A DNA stretch of 64,000 nucleotides from a virus, in IMG/VR virus record IMGVR_UViG_3300032893_000016, positions 1 to 64,000 of that record. The stretch is one strand, 5' to 3'. The translations under genes and the position numbers were made by a program. The notes beneath the pieces are model-generated. The model was not told where the DNA came from. It did no database searches and worked only from the letters and a program-made list of their open reading frames with translations. Below are positions 46,988-55,699 of the stretch, piece after piece. How positions within the stretch are numbered: the first letter of the stretch is position 1; each line of letters opens with the position of its first letter.

Positions 46988-48870
46988 TGTTTGATATACG
47001 AACCTTTCTCGTCCTTCTCAACCACAATCACCTCTTCGAACTCGCCGCGGTCAAACGAGGCGTGATCAACTAGATAGATTGATTTTCTTTCATCCTTGGC
47101 ACGATCGTGCAAGTACTCCAACAACTGATCCACGCCAGCGGGTGACATATGCTGAGTTGGCTCGTCGAGTACTAATACATTGGGAGTGACGCCGGCACGC
47201 GCAAGTAGGATCTCGGAAAGCGCGAACGTAACCGCAAGGTGCCATCGCTGGCTCTCGCCCCCGCTGTAGCTCTCCCACCGAACGGGCTCATCCACGCCGG
47301 GCGGGAATAGAGTAATGTACATCCCAAACTTGGTGTTCCCGCCCTTGACCTCCTTCTCGGTGTTGAACCTGATGGCCCACCCGATCAGCCCGAGCTGTTC
47401 CGCATAGCTGTTGGTCGTAATCTCCAGCTCATGCAGCGCTTCGTCGATCAGCTCCATTCGGATATCTTTGAAAGCCTTATTCCAGTACTTGTAATTCTCA
47501 GCCTCCGCTTCGGCCTTTGAAACCCTTGCTTGCGCTATCTTCAATAGGTCAGCCAACTTGGTGATGCGCTCCTGTGCGCGTCGCTCCGCCACTTCGTGCG
47601 GGTTAGCTTCACGGTAAATGGCGTCTGCTGTACGAGATTTGTCTTGCAAGCGGTCCTCGAGAAGCTTATGCGCAGCTTCCCAATTAGTATAACGGGATGT
47701 TGCTTCCTCCAATGAAGACCTTGCACTATGTACCGCTTCGCCAAAATCCTCTACTTTGGACGCAAGGTCCTCTACCCGCTTGCGCGCGTCCTCTATCGCG
47801 TTCTTGTCACGCTCGCACTGGGAAGCCTTATCTACGCGGACAGCGCGAAGCTGCTTCAGCTCATCTTGCAGATGCTTCTTGCTGACGGGTTGGCCGCACT
47901 GCGGGCACGTGGCTTCCTTGGCAGCGAGAGCCGCTTCGACTTTGGCGATGTCCTCATCGACTATCTTGAGGCGAGCATCCGTCGCGGCCTGAAGGCGCTC
48001 GGCATTGAGGAGTGATTGGCGGGCCTGACGAAGCAACCCTTCGTTACTCGCCAATTGCTGCTCCGCCAGCCGCAACTGCTCCTCCAAGCCTTGGGCGTTC
48101 CGGGGCCTTGGGGGAGCCTTTGCCGCGCTATCCTGAACCGCCTGTTTGGCGTCGTTTTCCTCCTGCTCGGCGGCCTTGAGCCGGGCAGCCTTGTCCTCCG
48201 CCCACCGATCGGCCTCTTTGGCCGCGTGCGAGGCCGCTGCATCGGCTTCCTCCAGCCCTCCCCTATGCCGCTGCTCGTCCAGCCGGGCCTCCGCTGCACG
48301 GGCTTCGCAGGCGCTCGCATGCTTCCCAGCGGCATCCGCGGCATCCAGCCACGTGTCCAAGGCCAGCGCCTCGGCGAACATCTTGGTTTGGGGCTCAGGG
48401 GTCATGTCGAGGAATTGGGTACCGAACTGGCCAATGACCAGCGCCCGCCGAAACAGGTCCTCGGACATGCCGAACGTCTCTGCTACTTCTTTTTGCTGGA
48501 GGACACGGCTGTTGTCATCATCGTCGCCCACATACAACTTGATCTCGTTGGGCTTGCGCGTGCGCTTGATCTCGTACATTTCGCCATTGCGCTTGTAGAC
48601 CAACCGCACCCACGTGTTGGGCTTCTTAACATGCCAAGGCAGGATGGCATCGGCCGGTCGTTCATCCCGGATGGTCTTGCCCCACAGGCACCACGTCAAC
48701 GCATCCCATATTGTACTCTTGGCTGCGCCGTTGGCACCCAGCTCAGGCTCAATCTTGTTGATGCCCGTGATGAAGTACAGGCCAGCCTCTCGGTTCAGAT
48801 CGAACGAGTGCTTGCCGGTGAACGACTTAAAGTCGTTGAACTCAAGGAGGAGTAATTCTAGCTGGTGCAT
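46984..48870 (-). CDS. SbcC/Rad50 (T4 gp46-like) ATPase
   Basis: NGAAKS Walker A; coiled coil with CPQC zinc hook; YSGGE signature; LDEP. Confidence 0.92.
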   Translation of the reverse strand: MHQLELLLLEFNDFKSFTGKHSFDLNREAGLYFITGINKIEPELGANGAAKSTIWDALTWCLWGKTIRDERPADAILPWHVKKPNTWVRLVYKRNGEMYEIKRTRKPNEIKLYVGDDDDNSRVLQQKEVAETFGMSEDLFRRALVIGQFGTQFLDMTPEPQTKMFAEALALDTWLDAADAAGKHASACEARAAEARLDEQRHRGGLEEADAAASHAAKEADRWAEDKAARLKAAEQEENDAKQAVQDSAAKAPPRPRNAQGLEEQLRLAEQQLASNEGLLRQARQSLLNAERLQAATDARLKIVDEDIAKVEAALAAKEATCPQCGQPVSKKHLQDELKQLRAVRVDKASQCERDKNAIEDARKRVEDLASKVEDFGEAVHSARSSLEEATSRYTNWEAAHKLLEDRLQDKSRTADAIYREANPHEVAERRAQERITKLADLLKIAQARVSKAEAEAENYKYWNKAFKDIRMELIDEALHELEITTNSYAEQLGLIGWAIRFNTEKEVKGGNTKFGMYITLFPPGVDEPVRWESYSGGESQRWHLAVTFALSEILLARAGVTPNVLVLDEPTQHMSPAGVDQLLEYLHDRAKDERKSIYLVDHASFDRGEFEEVIVVEKDEKGSYIKQ

Positions 48871-49025
48871 TCTGTCCCTTTGCCCACCGCTCAATCTCTT
48901 CGGCCTGCCGCAGGATTTCGTTGGCCGTCTGTTCGGTGCGCATGGGGAGATCGGTGAGCGGGTATGCGGCGATGGCGGCCTGCAAACACATCAGCCGGAA
49001 TTGGGCCTCAGCCGGGCTTTTGTAA

Positions 49026-49679
49026 TCAGCCGGTGGCGGAACTGGATTGGTTCTCACTGACGACATAATTGAGCAGCCTACAATCGTTGTACGACAGCAT
49101 CAGCGGGTGTCGCGGGCTGCCATCTTTAGCATACCCCAAACACTTCAAAGGTACTGCGTACTTTTTTGCCATAACCCTGATCGCCTCAGCCCGCACATCC
49201 ATCCATTGGTGCTGGACGCCGGCGAAGCCATTGCCGCCCCATGCCGCCACCACGGGCACATTGAGGGCATGCGCCCACTGGAACATTTTGTGTAGTACAA
49301 GATCACCCAGCTCACCCACCGCATCCTCGAAGCCCTCCTTGAAGAGCTCGGCCGGGTAAGGCGTACGCTTGGTGAAAAGGTTAACCACTCCGAACCAGCG
49401 AATACTCAAGCGGCGGTTGAAGCCCACCAGCTTGCGCATCGTGGGGTCATTCTTGCTGCGGCTGGCCAGCGATGGGTTCAGCATCAAGAACACGGCGCAT
49501 TGTATTTCGTACGAGGGCGCGCCGGTGTCGCGCATCAACCAGATGCGATGCCTCTCGGTCGCTACTTCAGGCAACGGCTTGGATGCGAACGAAAGGTTCC
49601 TGATGGATTCTTCTTCAGGGCTCACGGCATCGTCTGTGCGGGAATGATCTTGCTTTCTGCCTTCCACTGGCCGCACCAA
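49026..49679 (-). CDS. DUF1643 family protein
   Basis: MLNPS.A....DPT, VNLF, AAWG and PRHPL motifs; start uncertain. Confidence 0.8.
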   Translation of the reverse strand: MVRPVEGRKQDHSRTDDAVSPEEESIRNLSFASKPLPEVATERHRIWLMRDTGAPSYEIQCAVFLMLNPSLASRSKNDPTMRKLVGFNRRLSIRWFGVVNLFTKRTPYPAELFKEGFEDAVGELGDLVLHKMFQWAHALNVPVVAAWGGNGFAGVQHQWMDVRAEAIRVMAKKYAVPLKCLGYAKDGSPRHPLMLSYNDCRLLNYVVSENQSSSATG

Positions 49680-49876
49680 TCGCGCGGCTGGACAACAGGC
49701 AACATCATCGTTTGATGGATGCGGGGATGGCCTTCAGGGGTCACGCCCATGTTGAAAGCAAAGGGCACAGGCGGGTTCAAGCGGCAAGCGATCCGCATGT
49801 CTTTGCCTGAGCTGACCTCAAGGCGGAAGTGGCAAGTGCCGCAGCACTCTGAAGGAAGCATGGGTCCGGGCATCAT
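49622..49876 (-). CDS. Small Cys-rich protein
   Basis: C..C.F..CR.NPP..P.V...DWCGQW. Confidence 0.65.
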   Translation of the reverse strand: MMPGPMLPSECCGTCHFRLEVSSGKDMRIACRLNPPVPFAFNMGVTPEGHPRIHQTMMLPVVQPRDWCGQWKAESKIIPAQTMP

Positions 49877-49882
49877 TCACCT

Positions 49883-50935
49883 CTACGATATCAGGGACAT
49901 ACCAATGTCCTCAAGCTCCCGCGTCAGGTTATGACGCTTGGCATGAGTACGAACTATCTCTTCCGGCTTCTTGACCAGATCACGCAGCGTGCCCGTGTCC
50001 TCAAGGCGGATGCGCTTGGGCGCTGGCGCTGCGGCCTTCAGCTCGGGCCCAAACAACTGCCAGCCCACAGCCGTGCACTCATCCTTGATGGCCTTGCGCA
50101 TGTCGGGCCAAAGGTCGTAATCGGCGCGGGCAAGATAGACGCGGACCTTTACTTGGTCGCCCTTGTAAATGTCCTCATCCTTCTCAGCCTGCTCCAGCAT
50201 TTTGATGGCATCCTTCGCCGAGGAAGGACGGCGCAACTCAACGAGCACCCTTTGAACACCGTTCAGGTGCAGGTCTTGCTGCTGATGCTTCCCAGCCTTG
50301 TTGGTGCCAATGTGTAGAACGCGCGGGGTGAAACGATCACCAAAGTGGATACGATAGGGCGCACCGACATACTCAATTTTCTTGTTGACAAGCTGCGGCA
50401 CGTGGATGTCACCCGAGAAGACTTTGCCCTTGAAGCCATCAAAGATCGTCGGGCTTATTCCGGGGAGGAGCGTTCCGTTTTCGGATTGCGCACCATCGTA
50501 AGTCTGGTGCGTGAAGATGTATTCGTAATCGTTAAACGTGTCCACCGGCCAGGAATGAACGTCCCGGGTGCATGGTAGAAACAAGCCCATCTTGGAACCC
50601 CACAGGGGCAGCGCTTCCGGGCTGCTAACAAAGTCAACGCCGGGTACAAAATGGACGAAATCAAAAAAGGGCTTGCTAAGATCAAAGCCGTCGTGATTAC
50701 CGAGTGAGACCGTAACCCGAATACCCTCCCGGACAAGACCAGCCAGCTCCATAACGATACGGTTAACAAGTACACTACTATGGTGATCCTTCGCATCTGT
50801 CAGGTCTCCTAGAAAGAGAACGCGCTTACATCCAAGCTCCTTGGCTTTAGTTTTCAGAAAAGGGAAGAGTGCCCAGCGGTATTCATCGTTGGGCTTTTCA
50901 GTGAAGTGAAGGTCAGCTGTTACAAGAGCGGACAC
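49883..50935 (-). CDS. SbcD/Mre11 (T4 gp47-like) nuclease
   Basis: ADLH, LGDL, GNHD, THQ and SGDIH metallophosphoesterase motifs. Confidence 0.92.
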   Translation of the reverse strand: MSALVTADLHFTEKPNDEYRWALFPFLKTKAKELGCKRVLFLGDLTDAKDHHSSVLVNRIVMELAGLVREGIRVTVSLGNHDGFDLSKPFFDFVHFVPGVDFVSSPEALPLWGSKMGLFLPCTRDVHSWPVDTFNDYEYIFTHQTYDGAQSENGTLLPGISPTIFDGFKGKVFSGDIHVPQLVNKKIEYVGAPYRIHFGDRFTPRVLHIGTNKAGKHQQQDLHLNGVQRVLVELRRPSSAKDAIKMLEQAEKDEDIYKGDQVKVRVYLARADYDLWPDMRKAIKDECTAVGWQLFGPELKAAAPAPKRIRLEDTGTLRDLVKKPEEIVRTHAKRHNLTRELEDIGMSLIS

Positions 50936-51435
50936 GGGCTGGCCATCAGGGCTTCAAAGTCGTAGATCAGGATGGCCGCGCTACGCCGGCGATAGATCAC
51001 ACCCAACGGAGTAGCCTTAAAATCAACACCTCTTACATCCATCGTGGCGACGATCGTGGGCATCTGGTTCTGATGCGCGATCAGCAGCGGCACTTTATTC
51101 GCGCGCAAAGCATCGTAGCAGGTCTGCTCCCAAAAAGTAATAAACTCGCCTTTGCCCTTGACCATCGCGCTATCCAGCGCAAGATTCCTGACGCACTTGC
51201 ACTCAACGGAGAAAATGTCGATCAGCTTGTGGCCAATGGGATCGGTAGCCGTGATGTCACCGCCCTGCGTCTTGTTCTTCTTGCCGCTCTTGTGCATCAC
51301 CGTCGCGCGCCCACCTGACATAGCGCTGCGCCAGAACAGATCCTCGCGCAACCCACCAGACAGCCATTGGCTGAGCCGCTTGCAGATCAGGCGCTCGAAC
51401 CCCGCGCCTTTTGCTTTGCCGCCACCCTTCTTCAT
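50920..51435 (-). CDS. Holliday junction resolvase (PD-(D/E)xK)
   Basis: KGAGFER..SGG..GD..VECK. Confidence 0.8.
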   Translation of the reverse strand: MKKGGGKAKGAGFERLICKRLSQWLSGGLREDLFWRSAMSGGRATVMHKSGKKNKTQGGDITATDPIGHKLIDIFSVECKCVRNLALDSAMVKGKGEFITFWEQTCYDALRANKVPLLIAHQNQMPTIVATMDVRGVDFKATPLGVIYRRRSAAILIYDFEALMASPCPLL

Positions 51436-51644
51436 TGAGGCATCCTACTTGCACGCCACGTATCCACCCAACCAGAATACTGTTGGCCGCTAACCCACCA
51501 TACACAATCCAACGAGCAAACGTTATCGCGCTTGAAAAGAATACCCTGCACACGGACCTTGCAGGTCTCATCGCCATCAACTATTACGAAGTCACCCACG
51601 CTGGCGAGGCCCCCATCACCAAGGACCGCAACGACGTCATTCAC
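51432..51644 (-). CDS. Small hypothetical protein
   Basis: Overlapping start/stop codons. Confidence 0.55.
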   Translation of the reverse strand: MNDVVAVLGDGGLASVGDFVIVDGDETCKVRVQGILFKRDNVCSLDCVWWVSGQQYSGWVDTWRASRMPQ

Positions 51645-52687
51645 GACGGCCGGCTCCTCTTATTGCGCGTGGGCAGGACGGCCTTATCCATTTCCCTCCA
51701 GCGCCTCTCTACAAGCGCTCCGACGCGATCCACTTCCTCCCAATACTTTCCATCGGGCAGATCATTCAGATCGTCAAGCATGTCCAGTATCTTGGTCATG
51801 CGATCCTTCGCACCCTTGGGCCAAGCCCCACCCACGTCCTCGATGGCATCAATCTCATTGAGGAACATAAGACTGGCGCGGAGATCATCCGTACCGAACC
51901 CGAACAGGATATCGAAATGGGCCTCACGCAAGGGAAGGCCAATCTTGTTCTTCTTGACCTTGGCCTTGATCTCCACACCGACAGGCAGCTTCTGACCGCG
52001 GGTCGTTTTGGTGATTGCGCCCATATGATGCAGCCACACGACCTGGGACGCGTAGAAGTTCAGAGCACGGCCGCCGCTGCGGCTGGACTTCTCTCCGAAC
52101 ATTGCGCCAATCTTGTCGCGCAACTGGCTGATGATCATAAGGTGGACGTTAGAGGCCTCCACGTCGCGCACCAGCTTGCGGAAGAGCTCCGACATTTTCT
52201 TGGCCTTCTGCGCGCCATAGCTGCCATCGGTGATCTCCCGCTTGACCTCAGCCTCATCGGAGAGCGCGTCAAGGGAATCCAGCACATAGAAGCCGGGCTT
52301 TTTATACTGTCTGCATTGCTTGCAGACGTCATTCAGATCATCGTGGAAGTCTTCCACGGTGTGAAGCTGCGGCTCCAGAAACTTAACGCGCGACATGGGC
52401 ATGCCCAGCGCCGAAGCGTACGGCTTGTCAAAGGCGCTCTCGGCCTCCCGGAAATAGATGTCGCCCTTCTTAAATTTGCGGGCAAAGTTGCAGCTTGCCT
52501 CGATGGCCAGAAGGGTCTTGCCGGTGGAGTTGTCACCCACCACATTGCTGATGCGCCCCATCGGCCATCCACCCCCGAGCGCAAGGTCCAGTACCCTGCA
52601 CCCGGAGGTGATGAACTCTAAATTGGGCTTTGGGTTGGAAAAGTACGCCCCGCCCTCGTCCTCATTCTCAAGCTGGACCCGCGCCAT
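51641..52687 (-). CDS. recA: RecA/UvsX recombinase
   Basis: LDLALGGGWP.GR; GDNSTGKT; LDSL; ISQLRDKIG..GGRALNFYAS; KNKI. Confidence 0.93.
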   Translation of the reverse strand: MARVQLENEDEGGAYFSNPKPNLEFITSGCRVLDLALGGGWPMGRISNVVGDNSTGKTLLAIEASCNFARKFKKGDIYFREAESAFDKPYASALGMPMSRVKFLEPQLHTVEDFHDDLNDVCKQCRQYKKPGFYVLDSLDALSDEAEVKREITDGSYGAQKAKKMSELFRKLVRDVEASNVHLMIISQLRDKIGAMFGEKSSRSGGRALNFYASQVVWLHHMGAITKTTRGQKLPVGVEIKAKVKKNKIGLPLREAHFDILFGFGTDDLRASLMFLNEIDAIEDVGGAWPKGAKDRMTKILDMLDDLNDLPDGKYWEEVDRVGALVERRWREMDKAVLPTRNKRSRPS

Positions 52688-52690
52688 GCG

Positions 52691-54076
52691 CTACCGACGG
52701 CTGCCCCTGCCGCCCCTTTCACTGTCGCGCCCGCTATCACGAGAGCCCCTGCCACCGCGCTCGCCGGCGTCGGCCTCAAGGCGCACCCGCCCACCGCGCG
52801 GGGACTCTTCCTCGGCGGTATCGCGACCCCGGCCCCGGCTTTCGCCGCGCCCGCCACGGTCGCCGCGCCCACGACCAGCATCGGCAACAGCCTCCCGGGC
52901 GGTCTCTTCGACCTCATCCGGAGGGTCCGCTTCCGCAGACCGCGCACCCCCACCACGCCGCCCCTCCGGCTCCGCAGACCGGGCACTCGAACGTCCTTCC
53001 CCCCGTTCGCCGCGCCCCCGGCTGCCCTCCTCCGACTCTTCCCGGCCACCCCGGCTTGAACCCCGGTCGGAGCCGCGTTCTCCGCGCCCGCCACGGGCTT
53101 CTTCACGCCCGCCGCCCCTGCCGCCGCGCTCCTCGCGCCCGCCGTCATCGCGCCCGCCACGGCCCCTGCCGCGCTCTTCCTCCTCCGGCTCATCATCCGG
53201 AGGATCATCCCGACGGCTGCCCCGGCTGCTCCGAGTATCGTCCCGGGTGCGCTCAGGCTCAGAACCCCGGCCCCGGCCCCGGCCACGATCGTCGCCGCGC
53301 CCACCGCGGCCCCGGTCATCATCCCTGCCGCGCCCACGGCCACCCTTGTCCTCGTCTTCCTTATTGGACCGGGCCACCGTGCCAGCGAGCACCTTCTCAA
53401 GGTACTCATTGGTCTGATAATTGAGGATGGATGGCAAGGGATGCTCGGCGATGTAATCGAGCCACTTGATCTGCTCATCCTCGTCCTTGGAAATGTACGA
53501 GGGATCGCGGGCCACATCCATGCCGGGGTAGCGGGTGTTCAGGCCGGTGCCCTCCCGCTTGAAGAACAGATCGTAGCCGTCATCCGGATGATCCAGCACG
53601 ATCACGGAATTGTCCTGCTGAGACTGGCAGCGCGTGGCAATGTCCTTGTCGGTGGACCACGACATGTTCCAGACCTGCGGCCCGGCTTCTTCGTTCTTGC
53701 GGTCGATCATCCAGACCAGCACGCGCTTATTGGCCTTGATCTGATTGAACAGCTCATCATCGCCATCCGCCTTGAGGCGCGCGGCCTCTTCACAGATCGG
53801 GCAATCCTCGTTGAGCATCTTCTTGGGGCAAAGGTACTGCCCATTGTCCGCGCCCACATTGCCGTGGACCCAAACGGTGATGCTCCAATGATCACCCCAC
53901 GTTTCCGTGTCCTCCCACGTCGGGGGCAAGATGCGGACTTGCTGCTTCCCCTCCGGGATGCGCCAGACGGGGAAGTCCTGTTTAATGATCCCGTCGAAAT
54001 TGCCGCCCTGTTGATTGGCGTGTGCGCTAACCGCTGCGGCATTATCGCGCTCGCGATAGCCGGACCACTTACCCAT
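52691..54076 (-). CDS. T4 gp32-like ssDNA-binding protein with a long RGG/acidic disordered tail
   Basis: VRILPP, CP....CPICE, GYDLFFKREGTG..TRY; about 230 aa low-complexity C-terminus. Confidence 0.85.
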   Translation of the reverse strand: MGKWSGYRERDNAAAVSAHANQQGGNFDGIIKQDFPVWRIPEGKQQVRILPPTWEDTETWGDHWSITVWVHGNVGADNGQYLCPKKMLNEDCPICEEAARLKADGDDELFNQIKANKRVLVWMIDRKNEEAGPQVWNMSWSTDKDIATRCQSQQDNSVIVLDHPDDGYDLFFKREGTGLNTRYPGMDVARDPSYISKDEDEQIKWLDYIAEHPLPSILNYQTNEYLEKVLAGTVARSNKEDEDKGGRGRGRDDDRGRGGRGDDRGRGRGRGSEPERTRDDTRSSRGSRRDDPPDDEPEEEERGRGRGGRDDGGREERGGRGGGREEARGGRGERGSDRGSSRGGREESEEGSRGRGERGEGRSSARSAEPEGRRGGGARSAEADPPDEVEETAREAVADAGRGRGDRGGRGESRGRGRDTAEEESPRGGRVRLEADAGERGGRGSRDSGRDSERGGRGSRR

Positions 54077-54222
54077 GTTCTTTCCCTTCTCTCGATAGGC
54101 GACCTAAACTCTTCAAATAATCCATACGCGACCGGTAATAGGCGAAGCTTCCCGCCCGCACTACCAGGTACGCAATGAACGGACTGCACAGCGCTAACGC
54201 CAGCGCGGCGATCAACCAGAAC

Positions 54223-54759
54223 TCAGCGGTCACGAGACTGATTCCTTCTGTTGAACGCCGGATCGTTTTTGTGGGCATTGGCGACTGCTTGGCGCACCGC
54301 GCCATCTGTCGTCCAGTACCCGGACGCATAAAGCTGGACCAAATCCTTAATGGCGTAGCCGCGCTGATCGAACGCGCGTTCCAAAGCCTGCCACAGGTCG
54401 GCCTCAAGGCAGGCGTCACCATACTTGGCCGCCAGCTTCTTGATGGACGGCATTAGCATGATCTTGTTCTTGACGCCCGTCTCTGTCATCTTGCCGTCAT
54501 CTTCGCGCCACCCAGCGCGCACCGAAGCATCCAGCTCGGCTTCCAGCTGTTCCTTTTCCAGCTTCAGCTTGTCACGCCGGCTCTTGGCGAACATGTACTC
54601 TTTGCTGACTTGATGGTACAGATCAGGATGCTCCGTCAGGTCATCATCCAATTCGTACTTTTGGATGCGAAGCTTCGTCTCCAGATCGTCCATGAGCTCC
54701 GGGGTCTTGTACCCATCGGGCACAGGAACATCGTTCAGGGTCACTCTTTCTCTTGCCAT
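54223..54759 (-). CDS. UvsY-like recombination mediator
   Basis: Helical; KMTETGV..AFDQR..L..LYASGYW; next to SSB and RecA. Confidence 0.6.
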   Translation of the reverse strand: MARERVTLNDVPVPDGYKTPELMDDLETKLRIQKYELDDDLTEHPDLYHQVSKEYMFAKSRRDKLKLEKEQLEAELDASVRAGWREDDGKMTETGVKNKIMLMPSIKKLAAKYGDACLEADLWQALERAFDQRGYAIKDLVQLYASGYWTTDGAVRQAVANAHKNDPAFNRRNQSRDR

Positions 54760-54778
54760 GCTATGACATACCCCACGC

Positions 54779-55699
54779 CTATCCGATCACGTTGGCACAG
54801 GCAAGGATAACCTGCCCAATACCATCACCCTTGTACATGACCTTGCCAAAGGCTTCGAGAACAGCAAGCGAGCGCGCGGCTTTTTTGGTGGTGTCGGCAC
54901 CCAGCGCGACTTTCGTATGATAGCCGATCACAACCCGGCGTATACTTTCCGGGTCGAGGTCCTTCATCTTTTCAACCAGTGCCATGATCTGCTTGTAATT
55001 GGAACTCTGCAACAGCAGCCGGGCCAGCTCAAAAGCCTCCGGCGCATTGGTCGCGGACTGCAGGAGCTCGGCTGCTTCTTCAACAGACCCAGCTTCCATG
55101 CAAATGTTCAGGTTCGACAGGGCCTGCCGGGGGCTGCCATTTGCCTCGTCGGCGCACAGCCCAATGATCTCCCCGCCGACCTTGTCGGTCAGGATATTTT
55201 CTTTGTCAGCAATGGTGCACAGGAAATTGTACAGCTCATCGCCCGTCAGGTCGCGCAAAGCGTACGAGGCAAAGCGGGTCTTGATGCTGGCCTTCAGCTT
55301 CGTCGGCGCTGTCGTACAGAAGAACCAATAAATCCACGGGGGCGGCTCTTCGAGCGATTTCAGCAAGGAATCCAGCGCTTGGCCGGACAAGCCTTGGCAC
55401 TCATCAATAATGATGGCGCGCGAACCGGACAGCCTATAGTTCAGCGTGGAAGTGATCTTCCGCATTTCGTCGATACCGGTGTTCGACGCTGCGTCAATCT
55501 CAAGGATGCCTTCATCGGGAACCCCGAACGCGCGGGCAGTAATGCGGGCCAAGGTCGTCTTGCCTGTGCCGGCGTTGCCTGTGAACATGAACCCTTGGGC
55601 GGACTTCTTGGCCACGACGGCCTTGAGAGATTTGACCGCGGCGTCCTGCCCTACCACCTCATCAAAGGTCTTCGGACGATATTTCGTAATCAAGCTCAT
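54779..55699 (-). CDS. Clamp loader, DnaX (gamma/tau)-like AAA+ ATPase
   Basis: KYRPKTFDEVVGQ; GTGKTTLAR; EIDAASNTGID; IIDEC; LLKSLEEPP. Confidence 0.92.
   Translation of the reverse strand: MSLITKYRPKTFDEVVGQDAAVKSLKAVVAKKSAQGFMFTGNAGTGKTTLARITARAFGVPDEGILEIDAASNTGIDEMRKITSTLNYRLSGSRAIIIDECQGLSGQALDSLLKSLEEPPPWIYWFFCTTAPTKLKASIKTRFASYALRDLTGDELYNFLCTIADKENILTDKVGGEIIGLCADEANGSPRQALSNLNICMEAGSVEEAAELLQSATNAPEAFELARLLLQSSNYKQIMALVEKMKDLDPESIRRVVIGYHTKVALGADTTKKAARSLAVLEAFGKVMYKGDGIGQVILACANVIG

Noticed and set aside
52458-53517. Pro/Arg/Ser-rich and Ala/Gly-rich ORFs in alternative frames; possible tandem repeat or CRISPR array
   Set aside because: By-products of the low-complexity SSB tail; no fixed repeat-spacer structure
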